A stretch of DNA of 62,966 nucleotides, filler included, from Stramenopiles sp. TOSAG23-6 (GCA_900128565.1; 8 parts of 8 records of this genome joined end to end with filler, not necessarily neighbours in it), one strand, 5' to 3'. Counted from the whole stretch's first letter, positions 46,889 through 58,573 are shown. Notes: generated by a model from the letters alone, not told the origin. Program-made: numbers and translations.

Positions 46889-49246
46889 AAAAATATTTCA
46901 AAAAAAAATCGTTAGGTACGAAATTTCGTATGAAAAAAAAAATCAAATTAGAAATTCATATAAAACATACGTGCACTCGGCAAAGATATTTCCTCACTTT
47001 TAGAATTTATTTTCCCTTTCTTCTCTGGATCTTTCTTTTCACTTTTGATTGATCCAATTTTACCAAACGAATATTTCCCTCGAGAGGGAGAAATTGGTGG
47101 GCAGATTGGTTGTGTATCTTTTGGTGGTGCATGTGTTTGCTTTCTAGCTTTTGGTGGTGCATGTGTTTGTTTTGTAGCTTTTGGTGGTGCATGTGTTTGT
47201 TTTGTAGCTCCAAATGATGTATATGTTGCTTTTGGACTCCTATATGCGCCTTTCTGATCATAAAATTTCTTACGAGCCAAAGGTGATTCGCCAGTGTCTC
47301 GTATGTTTTGTTGAAACGTTTGTTTAGGCTTTGTTTTCTCTGCCGAAATGTCGTGAACGGAAGAATTATCAACTGTTTTGGGTGGCTTACCTGGTTTCCC
47401 TATCTCAGATTTTTCTCTCTGTTCAAATTTCTGCCTTGGATTTCCCTTTGTATTTTCTTCCATCGACGAATCACCTCTTACTTTCTTTTGCTTTCTATGT
47501 TTTTTATCTTTTTTCAACATTTGTTGTTTTCTTTTATTTTGCTGTTTCCATTCCATTTTAGCCCTAGATACATTTAATTTCGTTACATGTGTGGCAGCAG
47601 CCGCAATAGCGGCAGCTTCACTACCAAAAGTAAGCATGGCTAAGTCATATGCAGCTCCAATAGAAGATCCTGCAAGCATTGCTAAATCACCATAGCGCCT
47701 CATTCGTGCTAACCTTGACACTGCAATGCGTGATGCGCTGAGTCTTCGTTTCCATGAAGACAATGCCACCCCAACAGCAGCTAGAGCGTCATTCTTTTCA
47801 GGGGTATTGGACCGTACTCTAGCTAGACGTTGCTGTTGAGACATTAACTTCTTTACTCTTTTTTGTATTGGCAGAGTGTGTTGTTCTAAGGCCCTTAAAA
47901 AGATGGGTCGAGTTTCTAAAGACAATCCTGCGATTACTTGTTGGACAACTTCGGGATATGGAATCGCCTGACCATCCTGCATCGTCAGGTTTAAAGATAT
48001 ATATTACCTATATATCTATCTATCTATCTAGACATTAGGGTAATGCGAACACGCTTTAGAAATGTGCATCTTTCATTCTGAAAAACATTTAAAGCTTACT
48101 AGCTACTACTGAGCGGCTACGTAAGTTGTTTTTTCAAATACAGTTACAAAATAGTACTAAGTAGTCGTTTTTGTCAGAACTCGAATTCAACTCGAACTGA
48201 AACTATTACGTTCAGGTACTCGTGGTTTAAGATCAGTACCTACTATTTCGTAGTTTTCTGTTTGTATTCTATATAGATATGTCTTCTGCTTTAAGTTGTT
48301 TCGACGCCAGTGATTCAAGTGATTATTTGACTAGTGATGAAGATTGTATAGATGAAATTACAGAGTCAAAACGTCAGTATGATGTTCTCAAGTCACGCAT
48401 GTTTGGTCCAGCATTTAAGGAAGGTATGGATGCTTCAGTTGATGCAGCAGTTCAACCTGGATTTAACGCTGCATATCGTGAAGCTATACCTGAAGCAGTT
48501 GTACGTGGCCGTCGCCTCGGATATGCTAGTATTCTTTCTTCATTCTACGACAAGCATAAAGATTTGTGTGATCCGGAAATGTTACTGAAACTTCGTAGTT
48601 TTCGTGATGCTTCGTATGCTGAGGCCAGCAACCTACCTAGTCCGTCACTTTCCGAGTGGGATGGCCAAACAGGTACATGGAAAGTGAATGTCGCAAATAA
48701 CCCTACTGTCGCTAATACCGACCTAGAAAATCCAAATAATGATAATGTCATAGCTTCAAATAAAGCTCAAAGTGAGCAAAAGTTAATTATAACTAGTTTG
48801 AATTTAACAATAGAGCCAATAGAACCAATAGCACTTTCTGATTCGACAGTAATACGTTCGACACCTATAGAAAATACAACGCATATAGATATCGAACATA
48901 CAAATAAATCCATCGATTCGATTGAATATGGACCTGATGGAAAGTCCCTTCTTGTTGGTTCCAAAACTGATTATGCTCCAGTTTTACCTTCTGGCTTGTT
49001 GCTATTTGGTAATGTAAAAACGGCACGAAATTGGCCTCTGATGCAACAACTACAGATCGATGCAGTAGTCAATCTAATAAAATATAAAACAAACAAGAAA
49101 AATAAGTCAGAGAATAAACCATTATTTGCAGATCGTTTATCTGGTGGGTTGTTACACTGTCCAATTGAAGATAAGCCTAATACAGGAATGTCTTGGGCTG
49201 AAAATGTTTCAAAATTTATTGATGAAAAGTTAAAAAATAATCAGAG
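46889..49246. repeat. Left arm of a 2358-bp inverted duplication (partner 56116-58473)
   Basis: Identical ORFs in mirror positions; paired coordinates sum to 105362. Confidence 0.95.
46971..47982 (-). CDS. Hypothetical protein with KATKQTHAPP repeats, first exon (copy 1)
   Basis: ORF ends at the family intron donor at 46970; identical to 57380-58391. Confidence 0.65.
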
Positions 49247-49349
49247 TACTTATTCCTCGAGGATGGAAAATCTATGGAATGTAAAGAGGGAAAATCTATG
49301 GAATGTAAAGAAGGAAAATCTATGGAATTCAAACGTATTGGATTATTAA
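48279..49349 (+). pseudogene. Truncated copy of the Yae1-like/dual-specificity phosphatase gene
   Basis: Identical to 57083-56116 but broken at 49246, just before the HCxxGxSR catalytic motif; possibly an assembly or amplification chimera. Confidence 0.7.
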
Positions 49350-51031
49350 AAACCATGCTAAATAGTTCTTATAATCATGTAGATGGATTTACTACTGCAT
49401 GGGCGTTATTTAAAAAATTATGTGATAAAAACGTTGTCAGAAGAAGTCATGTACATGTGATGCTTGAGTTGGGCTGTCTTTCAAGCTCACATCAGCGTAG
49501 TTTCATTACGATGGTAGCAAATAAAATGAACATAATACCAGATAAAAAAGAATACGAATACGTACTAAATATGTTATTCCTTGAAGGTCGTAGTCAAGAA
49601 CAAAGCTATGACATCATTACAACTGAGGCTTTAAAAACAAATACTGATATTTCTGATATTTCTAGTAACGTTTTAAAAGTTGACCATGATGCTCTACAGA
49701 AAAAACGAATGCATGTATTATTACGCCTGTTACATTTCAGTTCTGATGGTAACTTTCCGTTTTCAATGACACCAATACCAAATTCTTCTTCTGGAGCCTT
49801 TGATACGTCTCGTGTCAACAATGGAGTAAAATCGGCAGTACAGTTCATTGAGAGGTTTCCACTTACGCAAGACGCCTGTGCTAATGCAGCATTATATTCA
49901 GCCGTGATAAATCATATATGTAATCCACATAAATTTGAAAGCAAAGGTGCTTTAATTAAACGTAAAATATTAGGTAATAATAATATTCATAATGAGAAAA
50001 AAACACTATGGAATTCTATCCTTGATGATTCTGGTCTTAGCCTTATGCTTTATCGCGAATGTATGTATAACAATAATGGTCAAATGATGCACATTTATGC
50101 AGGTAATTGTGATGAGAGCAATAGTGGTGTAATAATTTTTCCTTTGGATAGTTCTAAAAGCAAACAACCAAATTTATTACGTATTTCCATGCATGGTGCT
50201 TCGAGAGCTGTAGCATTCGTTAAAATGAGTGATGTTCTTATACAGATCAGAAATAAATATCTTATGAGAGGGTCTGTGGAAGAATCTCTTGCTATAATTG
50301 TAGGTAAAGGACATAATTCGGGGACAACACGTGGTCGTGTAACAAATGCTGTAAAATACATGTCTCGTGGTAATAATCTTCAGGAAGCATTAGTATCGTT
50401 TTTAGGCAAAACAACTGAACCTTTATTAGAGGCTCAGATCAATCCAAACAATACTGGAGAATTACTTTTATCTGCAAAACAATTGCAAGATTGGTGTGAG
50501 GGTAATCAAGCAAAAGAGTGGTCTCTCATCGACAAGCAGGTTTGTTTAAATTTGGAAAGAAGAGATCGTCAAAGAGAAAAAACAACAGTGATAATACAAG
50601 GACTTGGAAGCTTACCTGCTTCCATGTTTGATACAACAATCTCAAATCAAGTTAAAGAATTTGTTTTTGGATTACTTACCCAACGTAGTATTAACAAAGA
50701 TCCAATTGATGATTCTGTGGAATGTTCACGTAAGTCTAGCGGGATTCTAGAACTACGTGTGCCTACTAATAAAAAAGGGCGTTTTCGCGGGCGTGTATAC
50801 GCTGTATTTGACACATCTGCTAATGCTCATGCGGCTGTTATGTCTGCAAATGAATCAATAGCTTGTCTTATCGATGGCACTGCAGATGTTTCTTGTCTAG
50901 ATCTGGTACCTAGCTCAGTAAGTGATGTATCTAAAATTTCAATTTCTCACTCATCAATATCAAATGAAAAAGCAAAGTTAAATGTCTTAAAAATGAGAAA
51001 TCAACAAACTAGGGATTTTTCGAGGAGTTAG
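49247..51031 (+). CDS. PPR-like + Smr + RRM protein, 5' end lost at the inversion breakpoint
   Basis: PPR-like helices; Smr motifs ISMHG, IIVGKGHNS, NPNNTGEL; RNP1-like RGRVYAVF; the frame is open back to the breakpoint. Confidence 0.65.
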   Translation, partial: YLFLEDGKSMECKEGKSMECKEGKSMEFKRIGLLKTMLNSSYNHVDGFTTAWALFKKLCDKNVVRRSHVHVMLELGCLSSSHQRSFITMVANKMNIIPDKKEYEYVLNMLFLEGRSQEQSYDIITTEALKTNTDISDISSNVLKVDHDALQKKRMHVLLRLLHFSSDGNFPFSMTPIPNSSSGAFDTSRVNNGVKSAVQFIERFPLTQDACANAALYSAVINHICNPHKFESKGALIKRKILGNNNIHNEKKTLWNSILDDSGLSLMLYRECMYNNNGQMMHIYAGNCDESNSGVIIFPLDSSKSKQPNLLRISMHGASRAVAFVKMSDVLIQIRNKYLMRGSVEESLAIIVGKGHNSGTTRGRVTNAVKYMSRGNNLQEALVSFLGKTTEPLLEAQINPNNTGELLLSAKQLQDWCEGNQAKEWSLIDKQVCLNLERRDRQREKTTVIIQGLGSLPASMFDTTISNQVKEFVFGLLTQRSINKDPIDDSVECSRKSSGILELRVPTNKKGRFRGRVYAVFDTSANAHAAVMSANESIACLIDGTADVSCLDLVPSSVSDVSKISISHSSISNEKAKLNVLKMRNQQTRDFSRS

Positions 51032-51400
51032 TTGTGTTAGTTCTGTAACTTATATATTTTTGTATATACTGGATCTACTGGATCTACAGTAACAACCCAT
51101 TTCATGTTATATTTACATTACAAGTTTAAAAACTTATCATAAATAAATGAAACTATTATATGTAAAAACAAGGAATTTGTATTAATTTATTTATTTTTTT
51201 ATTATTTTTCATCCTCCATTTTCGGATTTCGTGCTTTTTGCGTATGCGAAATTCCCGGAATATATATTCGGATTCTTTACGTTACTTTTTCACAATGCTT
51301 CGTACGTTTTTTTTCAATCGAAATCTCTACAGATCTTGACTGTATCCTTCTTACACCTGAACTTCTTTTTCACACCACATCTAACAGCATTATCAACACA

Positions 51401-53287
51401 ATGGCTATCAATCGATATTCTGCGCTAATTATCTTACTCACTTATGTATTGAATGTTGCAAAAAACAGTGTTGCACTGAGCACACCAACATTATCTCCTG
51501 GTGCAGTCATACGTGAATATACACTCGTCAAACAACTTTACCCGCATCATCAAACGAAACGTTCTGAGAAGCTCATTGGTTTTGACACTCATGACTCACT
51601 GGGAATCAACAAACAACAAAACGCATTGCGGTTCAAGCAACAAATACTCCAAACGCAGGTACCACAAGAAAACGAAAATATCATGGACATTGGAGGACGG
51701 TCCAGAGGCACAGCTAAATACAAAATAAATAATGGATCTTATGGCGAAGCTTGGCTTGTAAAAAAAGATGACGAGAAGTTTGTAATGAAGTTTATATTGG
51801 ACAAACATGCGCAAAAGAAAGACATTCAAAGATCAAGCAACAAAGAAATAGAAGCTCACAAAAAGGCAAAGAATTGTCTTCATGTTGCACAAATGAGAGA
51901 TTCATTTGAATATGAAAGGGGAGGAAATGTTATCGTCATGGATTACTACAATCAAGCAGACCTATCGGGTTTCTTCACGAAATCAGTGGAAGTTATGGAC
52001 GATTTGATTTTACAGCACAGGCTCAGCAAAGGTCGTCAAGACAATCGTCAACCATTTGGAATACAGACGGCTGAAGTTATCTTGGGGATAGTAAAAGATG
52101 TTGAGAATGGATTAAAATGTCTACATAACCTTGGACTAGTACATTTAGATTTAAAACATGAAAATATATTTGTGAAAGAAACAACTCGAGAAGATGGATC
52201 ATTTAAATACACTGGCTATGTTGGCGATCTTGGAAAGGTAACAGCAGTAGGTGGCACCATAGGGAAAACTACTATAGAATTCGCCAGTCCTGAACTATTT
52301 TTGCGTCGTCGTGTCACAGGAAAGAGCGATGTATTTAGTCTAGCTTCCGTCATTGCTGAACTCACTCGTACATTATCATTGGAGATATCCTGTTTTGATA
52401 GACAGCAGGAAATGCAAAAAAAGTGCACAGAGACTAGTGGGCATGGCTACTGGGGAGGGAACTTTTTTAGACTTATTGAGGGGCTGAATGAAATGCCTTC
52501 GATTCAGAATTACCCTTTATTGAATCAACTCGCTGAGAAGAATTTTTGCAATCGTTTGGCTAATAATTTCAGCCTGAATCCAAACAATAGGCAATATTTC
52601 TGGAATGAGGATGTACGGTACCGAACACCAACGCCAATTGTTTTATCTGCTGATCTGCCATATAAAGCAGCTAACAATCAAGCTAAATCTGATACGGGGA
52701 ATCCAAACAATAGGCAACATTTCTGGAATGAGGATGTACGGTACCGAACACCAACGCCAATTGGTTTATCTGATGAAATGGACGAAGCAGCTAAGAATGA
52801 AGCTAAATCTGATACGGGTCCCGCAGGACGCGTCGACAGCGCTCTCGCAGTTCACATCCGCCCACAAGCTCGCACAGTGGCTCGTGCAGCTGAACAGCCC
52901 CATCGGAGCGTGCGAGAGCGCGCGGGGCCTGCGCAACGAAGCCGAGGACGCCTTCCGCCGCCTGATGCAGTTGATCCTGTTGATGATGGTGATGATGATG
53001 GTGGTGCTTATGATGGTGCTTATGCTGCTGCTTATGCTGCTGCTTATGCTGCTGCTTTTGGTGGTGATGATGGTGGTACCGGTGATAGTGGTAGTCCTCC
53101 AACGCCACCTGATGCATCTGCAATAATGGAGGTAAAAACTAATAATGCTCAACCGCTGCCATCTGAGCTCCAGGATTATCTCCCTGAAAGACGACGTTCA
53201 AAATTTTACGATGCATTTTCTTATGATCACCCCGAATACCTTCAGAATGAGTACTTCAGGGCTGGCGTAGAACACAAGGATCCTTAA
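51401..53287 (+). CDS. Secreted Ser/Thr protein kinase, copy 1
   Basis: Signal-like N-terminus; GSYGE, VMK, HLDLKHEN, GDLG, ASPE, KSDVFSL. Confidence 0.85.
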   Translation: MAINRYSALIILLTYVLNVAKNSVALSTPTLSPGAVIREYTLVKQLYPHHQTKRSEKLIGFDTHDSLGINKQQNALRFKQQILQTQVPQENENIMDIGGRSRGTAKYKINNGSYGEAWLVKKDDEKFVMKFILDKHAQKKDIQRSSNKEIEAHKKAKNCLHVAQMRDSFEYERGGNVIVMDYYNQADLSGFFTKSVEVMDDLILQHRLSKGRQDNRQPFGIQTAEVILGIVKDVENGLKCLHNLGLVHLDLKHENIFVKETTREDGSFKYTGYVGDLGKVTAVGGTIGKTTIEFASPELFLRRRVTGKSDVFSLASVIAELTRTLSLEISCFDRQQEMQKKCTETSGHGYWGGNFFRLIEGLNEMPSIQNYPLLNQLAEKNFCNRLANNFSLNPNNRQYFWNEDVRYRTPTPIVLSADLPYKAANNQAKSDTGNPNNRQHFWNEDVRYRTPTPIGLSDEMDEAAKNEAKSDTGPAGRVDSALAVHIRPQARTVARAAEQPHRSVRERAGPAQRSRGRLPPPDAVDPVDDGDDDGGAYDGAYAAAYAAAYAAAFGGDDGGTGDSGSPPTPPDASAIMEVKTNNAQPLPSELQDYLPERRRSKFYDAFSYDHPEYLQNEYFRAGVEHKDP

Positions 53288-53845
53288 TAGGAAAACCCGT
53301 GGTGGCAGCAGGATAAACACTGATAGATCTATGTATCATCTATTAGGTTTGAATTCTTTTTTTAAATCATCCAAATTTTGGTAATTTTTCTTTGATTTTT
53401 AGTCCTCTTCAGTTGCATTTGCCGACAAAAATTCTGATTTTTGTTTATTATTTTTAGATTACATTACATTATATGATAGTATAAGTAAGGATAGATTAGG
53501 ACTTTGTCTGAACTATAGTCTTGTGATTGTATAATAAAAATGAATTACTATAATATGATGTTGGATCTAGATTCATGCTAGCTATATTTCAAACTTAAAC
53601 CTACCAAAAATAAGTTATAATACAGACAGACACGAAAACAAAAACGTCATCTCCATTTTCGGATTTCGTGCTTTTTGCGTTATTCATGCTATATGCGAAA
53701 TTCCCGGAATATTCGGATTCTTTACGTTACTTTTTCACAATGCTTCGTACGTTTTTTTTCAATCGAAATCTCTACAGATCTTGACTGTATCCTTCTTACA
53801 CCTGAACTTCTTTTTCACACCACATCTAACAGCATTATCAACACA

Positions 53846-55510
53846 ATGGCTATCAATCGATATTCTGCGCTAATTATCTTACTCACTTATGTATTGAATG
53901 TTGCAAAAAACAGTGTTGCACTGAGCACACCAACATTATCTCCTGGTGCAGTCATACGTGAATATACACTCGTCAAACAACTTTACCCGCATCATCAAAC
54001 GAAACGTTCTGAGAAGCTCATTGGTTTTGACACTCATGACTCACTGGGAATCAACAAACAACAAAACGCATTGCGGTTCAAGCAACAAATACTCCAAACG
54101 CAGGTACCACAAAATAAAGGAGAAAATATCATGGACATTGGAGGACGCTCCAGAGGCACAGCTAAAAACAAAATAAAGAATGGATCTTATGGTGAAACTT
54201 GGCTTGTAAAAAAAGATGACGAGACGTTTGTAATGAAGTTTGTATTGGACAAACATGCGCAAAGGGAAGACATTCAACAATTGACGGAGATTGAAATTAA
54301 AGCCCACAATATGGCGGAGAATTGTTTTCATGTTGCACATATGAGAGATTCATTTGAATATCAAAGGGGAGGAAATGTTATCGTCATGGATTACTACAAT
54401 CAAGGAGACTTACGTCAATTCGTCCAAGAAGCACTGAACTACCACCACCACCCCCACGACCAACAGGCAAGACCACAACCTAAACAACCAGTTGGAATAC
54501 AGATGGCTGAAACTATCTTGGAGATATTAAAAGATGTTGAGAATGGATTAAAATGTCTACATAACCTTGGACTAGTACATGTAGATTTAAAACCGGAGAA
54601 TATATTTGTGAAAGAAACAACTCGAGAAGATGGATCATTTAAATACACTGGCTATGTTGGCGATCTTGGTTTGGTAAGAGTAGTAGGGGACAACTGCCTG
54701 GCAACCTCTCTATTATACGCCAGCCCTGAAGCACTTAAACATGATCCTGTCACAGGAAAAAGCGATATATACAGTCTAGCTTCCATCATTTCTTATCTCA
54801 CTGCTACATTACCATCATTGGAGAAATCGCCATATGTTTTTAGACAGCGAGAAATCCAAAAAAAGTGCACAAAGAATAGTAAGTATGGCTACTGGGGAGA
54901 GAACTTTTATGGACTTATTCCTAGTATGTATGTGATAAGAAGCAGTCCTCAGGATTACCCTTTATTGAATCAACTCGCTGAGAAGAATTTTTGCAATCGT
55001 TTGGCTAATAATTTCAGCCTGAATCCAAACAATAGGCAATATTTCTGGAATGAGGATGTACGGTACCGAACACCAACACCAATTAACAATCAAGCTAAAT
55101 CTGATACGGGACCCGCAGGACGCGTCGACCTGAATCCAAACAATAGGCAATATTTCTGGAATGAGGATGTACGGCACCGAACACCAACGTCAATTGTTTT
55201 ATCTGCTGATCTGCCATCTCAAGCAGCTAACAATCAAGCTAAATCTGATACGGGACCCGCAGGACGCGTCGACGGCGCTCTCGCACTTCACATCCGCCCT
55301 CAAGCTCGCGCAGCGGCTCGAGCTGCCGATCGCCACGCTCGTGCAGCTGCACAGCCCCATTGGAGCGTGCGAGTGCACGCGGGGCCTGCGCGAAGCCGAG
55401 GACGCCTTTCGCCGCCTGTTGCAGTTAGTCCTCCAACACCACCTGTTACATCTGCTGTTACGGACGTAAAAACTTATCCTACACTCGAAATTGCAGACGA
55501 GTACTCTTGA
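53846..55510 (+). CDS. Secreted Ser/Thr protein kinase, copy 2 (tandem paralog)
   Basis: Same N-terminus and upstream region as copy 1; HVDLKPEN, GDLG, ASPE, KSDIYSL. Confidence 0.85.
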   Translation: MAINRYSALIILLTYVLNVAKNSVALSTPTLSPGAVIREYTLVKQLYPHHQTKRSEKLIGFDTHDSLGINKQQNALRFKQQILQTQVPQNKGENIMDIGGRSRGTAKNKIKNGSYGETWLVKKDDETFVMKFVLDKHAQREDIQQLTEIEIKAHNMAENCFHVAHMRDSFEYQRGGNVIVMDYYNQGDLRQFVQEALNYHHHPHDQQARPQPKQPVGIQMAETILEILKDVENGLKCLHNLGLVHVDLKPENIFVKETTREDGSFKYTGYVGDLGLVRVVGDNCLATSLLYASPEALKHDPVTGKSDIYSLASIISYLTATLPSLEKSPYVFRQREIQKKCTKNSKYGYWGENFYGLIPSMYVIRSSPQDYPLLNQLAEKNFCNRLANNFSLNPNNRQYFWNEDVRYRTPTPINNQAKSDTGPAGRVDLNPNNRQYFWNEDVRHRTPTSIVLSADLPSQAANNQAKSDTGPAGRVDGALALHIRPQARAAARAADRHARAAAQPHWSVRVHAGPARSRGRLSPPVAVSPPTPPVTSAVTDVKTYPTLEIADEYS

Positions 55511-55589
55511 TAACTATTATCAGTAAAAACAAGGCATTTGTATTAATTTATTTATTTTTTATTATTTTCATCAAACAGTCTCATAAACA

Positions 55590-57083
55590 TCAATCAAATG
55601 GATGGTGTACACTACAACCCTTCCGTTTCACCAAAGCACCAGGAAATTGTTCTTGAAGAATGTCAACAGCAATAAAACCAATTGCATCAATATTATTACT
55701 ACCCTTTTTAGAGATAACTTCCTCGAGCTTAGCCGGTTCATTTGCAAAATCCTTTGCTTGAAAAAGAGCTTTCACACATTCTTCCCTTGGTATCTCCGGA
55801 AAAAGTTCTTGGCAACATTGCAGTCTATATGATTCAATACTAATTGATGTTGTATTTTGAGTCACACAATGTGCATTACTTGTATCGTTTGTAGCTAGTG
55901 TATCTTTTATTAAAGTGTCCTCAATTTTTAGAGGGGCGCGTTGTTGGTCTATCTTTATGAGAGATCTCATGAAACCAATACTGGGACAAATTACTGGTCG
56001 AACATTTTTTAAATGAATATAAGCTGAAGAAAGAGTATATTTGTATCGAGTCATTAAATAATAAAGAGATAAAGACGCTGCTCTAGATATTCCCTGACTA
56101 CAATGAATTAAAGTTCTCTGATTATTTTTTAACTTTTCATCAATAAATTTTGAAACATTTTCAGCCCAAGACATTCCTGTATTAGGCTTATCTTCAATTG
56201 GACAGTGTAACAACCCACCAGATAAACGATCTGCAAATAATGGTTTATTCTCTGACTTATTTTTCTTGTTTGTTTTATATTTTATTAGATTGACTACTGC
56301 ATCGATCTGTAGTTGTTGCATCAGAGGCCAATTTCGTGCCGTTTTTACATTACCAAATAGCAACAAGCCAGAAGGTAAAACTGGAGCATAATCAGTTTTG
56401 GAACCAACAAGAAGGGACTTTCCATCAGGTCCATATTCAATCGAATCGATGGATTTATTTGTATGTTCGATATCTATATGCGTTGTATTTTCTATAGGTG
56501 TCGAACGTATTACTGTCGAATCAGAAAGTGCTATTGGTTCTATTGGCTCTATTGTTAAATTCAAACTAGTTATAATTAACTTTTGCTCACTTTGAGCTTT
56601 ATTTGAAGCTATGACATTATCATTATTTGGATTTTCTAGGTCGGTATTAGCGACAGTAGGGTTATTTGCGACATTCACTTTCCATGTACCTGTTTGGCCA
56701 TCCCACTCGGAAAGTGACGGACTAGGTAGGTTGCTGGCCTCAGCATACGAAGCATCACGAAAACTACGAAGTTTCAGTAACATTTCCGGATCACACAAAT
56801 CTTTATGCTTGTCGTAGAATGAAGAAAGAATACTAGCATATCCGAGGCGACGGCCACGTACAACTGCTTCAGGTATAGCTTCACGATATGCAGCGTTAAA
56901 TCCAGGTTGAACTGCTGCATCAACTGAAGCATCCATACCTTCCTTAAATGCTGGACCAAACATGCGTGACTTGAGAACATCATACTGACGTTTTGACTCT
57001 GTAATTTCATCTATACAATCTTCATCACTAGTCAAATAATCACTTGAATCACTGGCGTCGAAACAACTTAAAGCAGAAGACAT
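55590..57083 (-). CDS. Yae1-like N-terminal domain + dual-specificity phosphatase
   Basis: AFKEGMDAS...VQPGFNAAY (Yae1_N-like); PIED and LIHCSQGISRAAS...RPVICPSIGF (DSP). Confidence 0.82.
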   Translation of the reverse strand: MSSALSCFDASDSSDYLTSDEDCIDEITESKRQYDVLKSRMFGPAFKEGMDASVDAAVQPGFNAAYREAIPEAVVRGRRLGYASILSSFYDKHKDLCDPEMLLKLRSFRDASYAEASNLPSPSLSEWDGQTGTWKVNVANNPTVANTDLENPNNDNVIASNKAQSEQKLIITSLNLTIEPIEPIALSDSTVIRSTPIENTTHIDIEHTNKSIDSIEYGPDGKSLLVGSKTDYAPVLPSGLLLFGNVKTARNWPLMQQLQIDAVVNLIKYKTNKKNKSENKPLFADRLSGGLLHCPIEDKPNTGMSWAENVSKFIDEKLKNNQRTLIHCSQGISRAASLSLYYLMTRYKYTLSSAYIHLKNVRPVICPSIGFMRSLIKIDQQRAPLKIEDTLIKDTLATNDTSNAHCVTQNTTSISIESYRLQCCQELFPEIPREECVKALFQAKDFANEPAKLEEVISKKGSNNIDAIGFIAVDILQEQFPGALVKRKGCSVHHPFD

Positions 57084-58473
57084 ATCTATATAGAATACAA
57101 ACAGAAAACTACGAAATAGTAGGTACTGATCTTAAACCACGAGTACCTGAACGTAATAGTTTCAGTTCGAGTTGAATTCGAGTTCTGACAAAAACGACTA
57201 CTTAGTACTATTTTGTAACTGTATTTGAAAAAACAACTTACGTAGCCGCTCAGTAGTAGCTAGTAAGCTTTAAATGTTTTTCAGAATGAAAGATGCACAT
57301 TTCTAAAGCGTGTTCGCATTACCCTAATGTCTAGATAGATAGATAGATATATAGGTAATATATATCTTTAAACCTGACGATGCAGGATGGTCAGGCGATT
57401 CCATATCCCGAAGTTGTCCAACAAGTAATCGCAGGATTGTCTTTAGAAACTCGACCCATCTTTTTAAGGGCCTTAGAACAACACACTCTGCCAATACAAA
57501 AAAGAGTAAAGAAGTTAATGTCTCAACAGCAACGTCTAGCTAGAGTACGGTCCAATACCCCTGAAAAGAATGACGCTCTAGCTGCTGTTGGGGTGGCATT
57601 GTCTTCATGGAAACGAAGACTCAGCGCATCACGCATTGCAGTGTCAAGGTTAGCACGAATGAGGCGCTATGGTGATTTAGCAATGCTTGCAGGATCTTCT
57701 ATTGGAGCTGCATATGACTTAGCCATGCTTACTTTTGGTAGTGAAGCTGCCGCTATTGCGGCTGCTGCCACACATGTAACGAAATTAAATGTATCTAGGG
57801 CTAAAATGGAATGGAAACAGCAAAATAAAAGAAAACAACAAATGTTGAAAAAAGATAAAAAACATAGAAAGCAAAAGAAAGTAAGAGGTGATTCGTCGAT
57901 GGAAGAAAATACAAAGGGAAATCCAAGGCAGAAATTTGAACAGAGAGAAAAATCTGAGATAGGGAAACCAGGTAAGCCACCCAAAACAGTTGATAATTCT
58001 TCCGTTCACGACATTTCGGCAGAGAAAACAAAGCCTAAACAAACGTTTCAACAAAACATACGAGACACTGGCGAATCACCTTTGGCTCGTAAGAAATTTT
58101 ATGATCAGAAAGGCGCATATAGGAGTCCAAAAGCAACATATACATCATTTGGAGCTACAAAACAAACACATGCACCACCAAAAGCTACAAAACAAACACA
58201 TGCACCACCAAAAGCTAGAAAGCAAACACATGCACCACCAAAAGATACACAACCAATCTGCCCACCAATTTCTCCCTCTCGAGGGAAATATTCGTTTGGT
58301 AAAATTGGATCAATCAAAAGTGAAAAGAAAGATCCAGAGAAGAAAGGGAAAATAAATTCTAAAAGTGAGGAAATATCTTTGCCGAGTGCACGTATGTTTT
58401 ATATGAATTTCTAATTTGATTTTTTTTTTCATACGAAATTTCGTACCTAACGATTTTTTTTTGAAATATTTTT
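56116..58473. repeat. Right arm of the 2358-bp inverted duplication
   Basis: Reverse complement of 46889-49246. Confidence 0.95.
57380..58391 (+). CDS. Hypothetical protein with KATKQTHAPP repeats, first exon (copy 2)
   Basis: Ends at donor GTATGTTTT 58392; the contig ends inside the intron. Confidence 0.65.
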
Positions 58474-58573
58474 NNNNNNNNNNNNNNNNNNNNNNNNNNN
58501 NNNNNNNNNNNNNNNNNTTAATTAATTAANNNNNNNNNNNNNNNNNNNNNNNNNNNNNNNNNNNNNNNNNNNN

